Positions 60,822-64,000 of a stretch of 64,000 nucleotides of DNA are shown here, piece by piece. The stretch is from Corynebacterium sp. (GTDB taxonomy: Bacteria > Actinomycetota > Actinomycetes > Mycobacteriales > Mycobacteriaceae), in the NCBI RefSeq assembly GCF_052107835.1, contig NZ_JBQEDF010000012.1:161-64160 (forward strand), in the 5' to 3' direction. The position numbers and the translations under genes are program-made. Numbering within the stretch: the stretch's first letter is position 1; each line of letters opens with the position of its first letter. Under the pieces are notes generated by a model. That model did not search any database, had not been told where the DNA came from, and worked only from the letters and a program-made list of their open reading frames with translations.

Positions 60822-61992
60822 GGTACGCGCGCTCCTCGGCGCGCGTGGTGTCGTCCCCGTTCCAGCGCGGGATGCGGTGGGACGCCGCCTGGTGGAGGAC
60901 GTGGCGGCCGTCGAGGATTCGCCGCGCTTCGACAACTCCCAGATGGACGGCTATGCCCTGGCGTCCGCGCACCTCGACGGGGGGACGTTCGCCGTCGGTC
61001 CGACTGTCGCTGCGGGGACTGACCCCTGGGACGTGCTCGCGGAGACCAACGGCAGGATCCAGGACGCGGTGATCCCGGTGATGACCGGGGCACGGCTGCC
61101 CGCGGGCACCGCGGCTGTCGTGCCGGTGGAGACGTGTGAACCCCCGGACTTCGTGGACGGGAGCGGGCCGGTGCAGGTCCCTGCCGCCCCGGCGGGGCAG
61201 TTCGTCCGGGTGCGGGGCTCGGATATCGCGGCCGGGTCCGTCCTGCTTCCCGCCGGTCATGAGGTGAATCCGAGGACGGTGGGCGTTGCCGCGGCGCAGG
61301 GGATCTCCGCGCTTCCGGTGGCGCGGCGGGCCCGCGTCCTGATCTGCACCGGGGGAGACGAGATCGGCGGTACAGGCGCCGCCGTCATCCGCGACGCCAA
61401 CGGTCCGATGCTCGCCGCCCTGTGTGCCCGGCACGGCATCGAGGTCGCGGGGACGGTGAGCACCAGCGACAATCCACCGGCCTTCCGTGCCGCACTGGCC
61501 GACGCCGTCTCCCGCGCCCGTGCCGACACCGGTGGCCTGGATGCGGTGGTGACCAGCGGCGGGATCAGCCACGGCAAGTTCGAGGTCGTGCGGCAGGTTC
61601 TCTCGGGCCAGGATGACAGCTGGTTCGGGCATGTCGCCCAGCAGCCCGGTGGTCCGCAGGGTGTGGCGCGTTTCGAGGGGGTTCCGGTGATCTGCCTGCC
61701 GGGTAATCCGGTCTCCACGGTGGTGAGTTTCCGGCTGTTCGTCGCCCCGGTGCTGGGGGAGGTGCCAGGGACTGTGACCGCCCGGGCTGCGGACGTCCTG
61801 CCCGGGCTCACCGGTAAGGACCGTTTCCTACGGGGACGGGTGGTGGTGTCGGACGGCGTGGCCACCGCCTCCCTTGTCGGGGGCGCCGGGTCCCATCTGC
61901 TGGCACAGTCGGCGGAGGCGGACTGCCTGCTGCGCGTGCCAGCGGGGGAGGATGTGGCCGAGGGGGAGTTGGTCGCGGTGTACCCGCTGTAG
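60775..61992 (+). CDS. moeA: Molybdopterin molybdotransferase
   Basis: 405 aa from GTG 60775 (SD GGAGG 8 nt upstream; overlaps the modB end). Contains PRFDNSQMDGYAL, PVMTGARLPAG and VTSGGISHGKFEVV. Confidence 0.85.
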   Translation: MGDQGHSRTPESHLDEVRALLGARGVVPVPARDAVGRRLVEDVAAVEDSPRFDNSQMDGYALASAHLDGGTFAVGPTVAAGTDPWDVLAETNGRIQDAVIPVMTGARLPAGTAAVVPVETCEPPDFVDGSGPVQVPAAPAGQFVRVRGSDIAAGSVLLPAGHEVNPRTVGVAAAQGISALPVARRARVLICTGGDEIGGTGAAVIRDANGPMLAALCARHGIEVAGTVSTSDNPPAFRAALADAVSRARADTGGLDAVVTSGGISHGKFEVVRQVLSGQDDSWFGHVAQQPGGPQGVARFEGVPVICLPGNPVSTVVSFRLFVAPVLGEVPGTVTARAADVLPGLTGKDRFLRGRVVVSDGVATASLVGGAGSHLLAQSAEADCLLRVPAGEDVAEGELVAVYPL

Positions 61993-62162
61993 CGGGGCAT
62001 GGTTCACCTTCCGGATGGTAAATTCCGCGGCATGGTTGACCGGACCCGAACCCGTATTCTCCACCGGGCCCTGGATCTCCTCAACGACCCCGGTACCGAC
62101 GACCGGGCGCAGGTACTGGTGCAGGTGCGGGCGGTGCTGGACACGCTGGACGGCGGTGGGAC

Positions 62163-62561
62163 ATGACCGCCTGGCTGATGCTGCTCGCGGCGATCCTCTC
62201 CGAGGTCGAGGCGTCCCTCTCCCTGAAGGCGGCGGTGGAGAACCCGGTCTGGTACCTGCCGGTGGTGATCGGGTACTCCCTGGCCTTCGTCATGCTCTTC
62301 CAGACCCTGAAGACCGGTATGGGCCTGGGGGTTGCCTACGGGATCTGGGCGGCGTGCGGGGTGGCGTTGACGGCGATCCTGGCGACGGTCATCTTCGGCG
62401 AGGTGATGACCGTCATGAAGTCGCTGGGCATCGTGATGGTGATGGGCGGTGTCCTGCTGGTCGAGATCGGATCCCAGCGTGCCATCCTCCGCGAGCGCCA
62501 GCGGGCGCTGGTTGTCCGTGCCGCGGACGGGCTGAACGGTCCTACGGGGGTCGATGACTGA
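62163..62561 (+). CDS. Small multidrug resistance (SMR) family protein, subunit 1 of a pair, with a 25-aa C-terminal extension
   Basis: 132 aa with MTAWLMLLAAILSEV (Glu14), GVAYGIWAACGVAL, and 4 TM spans. Confidence 0.85.
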   Translation: MTAWLMLLAAILSEVEASLSLKAAVENPVWYLPVVIGYSLAFVMLFQTLKTGMGLGVAYGIWAACGVALTAILATVIFGEVMTVMKSLGIVMVMGGVLLVEIGSQRAILRERQRALVVRAADGLNGPTGVDD

Positions 62562-62878
62562 TGGCATGGTTGCTCCTGCTTGCAGCGATCATCTGCGAGG
62601 TCCTGGCCACGGTCTGCCTGCGCATGTCGGTCACCGGCAGTCGTCTCTGGTACCTGCCCGTGGCGATCGGTTACCTCCTCGCCTTCGCTGCCCTGGGCAC
62701 AGCACTGCGGCTCGGGATGGAGATCGGCGTGGCGTACGGGATCTGGGCGGCGTCCGGCGTGGCGCTGACCGCCGTGCTCAGCAGAGTGGTCTTCAAGGAG
62801 CCGTTGACGCTGATGATGACCTGCGGCATTGTCCTGATCATGGGCGGGGTGCTGTTCATCGAGGTCGGTAGCGTGTGA
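62561..62878 (+). CDS. Small multidrug resistance (SMR) family protein, subunit 2 of a pair
   Basis: 105 aa with MAWLLLLAAIICEV (Glu13) and GVAYGIWAASGVAL. Its ATG shares one base (62561) with the TGA stop of subunit 1. Confidence 0.85.
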   Translation: MAWLLLLAAIICEVLATVCLRMSVTGSRLWYLPVAIGYLLAFAALGTALRLGMEIGVAYGIWAASGVALTAVLSRVVFKEPLTLMMTCGIVLIMGGVLFIEVGSV

Positions 62879-62896
62879 CTGCCGTCGTCAACGCGG

Positions 62897-64000
62897 CTAC
62901 AGCTCGAGGTAGCGCACCGCGTCCCCCGCCGCCAGACCGTCCTGCGGGACGACCAGCAGGACGTCCGCTGCCGCGTAACCGCTGAGCATGTGGGAGTGCG
63001 CGCCGGGGGCGGGCGTGAAGCGGTCACCGCCGTTACTGGTGCTGTCGCTGTCGCGGGTGGCGGGGACGAGCCGCACGCGGTCGCGCTGGATCGGGTCCAC
63101 ATCCGCGGTCACTACACCGGTTCCGGTTGCGGTCGGTGAGGCGAGTCCCAGGCGCGACGTCACCGCCGGGGCGACGAAGGAGTGCAGCGACACATGCGCG
63201 GCGAAGGGGTTGCCGGGCACACCGATGACCAGCTGTGTGTCCTCACCACGGCCGCGCCGGGTGATCAGGGTGGGGTGCCCGGGCTGGCAGGCGACTTCGT
63301 CGGCGAGGATCTCGTCGGCGGCACGGGTGATGAAGCGCCGCGCGAAGTCCTGGCCGGAGCGACCTGAACCTCCCGTGAGTACCACGATGTCGGCGCCGCG
63401 CACGTCGGGACGCCGCAGCCAGTCCTCCACGGCGACCGGGTCGTCCGGCAGACGGTCGGTGGCGATGGTGTCCGCGCCCCAGTCACCCAGCAGTGCAGGG
63501 AAGGACGCGCTGAAGGCGTCGCGGACCTCGCCCGGTTCGGGTATCCCGTTGCCGATGACCTCGTTGCCGGTGAAGGCGCAGGCCACGCGGGGTTTCCGGG
63601 TGACCTCCACCTCGTCCACCCCGCAGGCACCGAGCATGGCGACGTGCCGGGCAGTCAACCTCACCCCTGCTCTGACCAGGACCTCCCCGGCCGACCACTC
63701 CTGGCCGGCGGGGCGGATGTCGCGCCCCGGCACGGGGGTGTCGGCGGTGAGGGTGCCGCTGTCGACCACGGCGTTCTCGGAACGGACCACGGCAGTCGTG
63801 CCGTCGGGGATCAGCGACCCGGTGAGCACTGGCAGTGCCTCGCCGGGAGCCAGTGTGCCGCCGGTGCGGTGGACGTTGCGGCCCTGTGCGTCCCTGGTCG
63901 GCTCAGCGAGTAGCCGCCACGGTCCCTCGCCGTTGACCGCGAAACCGTCCATCGCCGACGAGGTGTAGTGCGGCACGTCCATGGGGGAGGGGAGATCGGC
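62897..64000 (-). CDS. moeA: Molybdopterin molybdotransferase paralogue (N-terminus outside the window)
   Basis: ...PHYTSSAMDGFAV..., PVLTGSLIPDG and VLTGGSGRSGQDF. The frame stays open upstream of Met 63982 to the window edge, and MoeA proteins normally have ~40 aa before the SAMDG motif. Confidence 0.8.
   Translation of the reverse strand, partial: ADLPSPMDVPHYTSSAMDGFAVNGEGPWRLLAEPTRDAQGRNVHRTGGTLAPGEALPVLTGSLIPDGTTAVVRSENAVVDSGTLTADTPVPGRDIRPAGQEWSAGEVLVRAGVRLTARHVAMLGACGVDEVEVTRKPRVACAFTGNEVIGNGIPEPGEVRDAFSASFPALLGDWGADTIATDRLPDDPVAVEDWLRRPDVRGADIVVLTGGSGRSGQDFARRFITRAADEILADEVACQPGHPTLITRRGRGEDTQLVIGVPGNPFAAHVSLHSFVAPAVTSRLGLASPTATGTGVVTADVDPIQRDRVRLVPATRDSDSTSNGGDRFTPAPGAHSHMLSGYAAADVLLVVPQDGLAAGDAVRYLEL

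Noticed and set aside
61993-62162. Possible guanidine riboswitch (ykkC, mini-ykkC or guanidine-III) upstream of the SMR pair
   Set aside because: I looked for paired hairpins with ACGR tetraloops and for the CCGGACGAGG-type guanidine-III core. Only ACGACC strings without the required closing stems were found (cccggt-accgacg-accggg has a 7-nt loop). Not supportable by eye; a covariance-model scan is still advisable.
1-64000. CRISPR arrays, rRNA and tRNA genes
   Set aside because: No regularly spaced direct repeats, rRNA-like segments or tRNA cloverleaf candidates were noticed. Tandem repeats found are only short intragenic ones (27972-27998, 32712-32754, 22741-22763).

Overview
High-GC (roughly 65-68 %) actinobacterial chromosome segment, most consistent with a Corynebacterium-type genome. 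Supporting this: the ribosomal-protein S10/spc cluster is broken after rpsQ and again after rplE, and there are McbR-like (TAGAC-N6-GTCTA) and DtxR-like operator candidates. Most operon junctions use ATGA/GTGA stop-start overlaps. All calls come from reading the ORF translations and the DNA by eye; no database search was run.

Layout:
- 2-4551: rplC (partial)-rplD-rplW-rplB-rpsS-rplV-rpsC-rplP-rpmC-rpsQ.
- 4552-48974: 44.4 kb of cargo between rpsQ and rplN, containing:
  (i) an aryl-capped hydroxamate-type NRPS siderophore-like cluster (4669-18965). It has a DhbE/EntE-like ligase, a 2175-aa C-A-T-X-C-T-TE synthetase, a free carrier protein, a free A domain, MbtG-like and MbtK-like tailoring enzymes, a free degenerate C/E-like protein and an embedded antitoxin plus short PIN gene pair.
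  (ii) a ~13-kb organosulfur-scavenging island (19940-32801: sfnG, SfnB/DszC-like x2, NtaA/DszA-like, StyA-like, flavin reductase, MFS, ssuDACB).
  (iii) a MerR / FMN-reductase / DHA2-exporter module, then azlCD.
  (iv) an XRE-cupin regulator with two translationally coupled YhgE/Pip-domain membrane proteins.
  (v) a siderophore-interacting protein plus an FepCGD-like importer, with no binding-protein gene.
  (vi) four tandem paralogous genes for small, acidic, signal-peptide proteins that I could not assign to a family.
  (vii) a 672-nt non-coding stretch upstream of rplN.
- 48975-50236: rplN-rplX-rplE, followed by a terminator.
- 50327-64000: a diflavin-fused assimilatory nitrate reductase, narK, a sugar-porter MFS, moaA, modAB, two moeA paralogues and a paired SMR exporter.

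No rRNA, tRNA, CRISPR array, transposase or integrase was recognised.

Best candidates for something undescribed are the small secreted protein array (46281-48302), the non-canonical NRPS logic with twin degenerate C/E-like domains, and the twin YhgE/Pip module.
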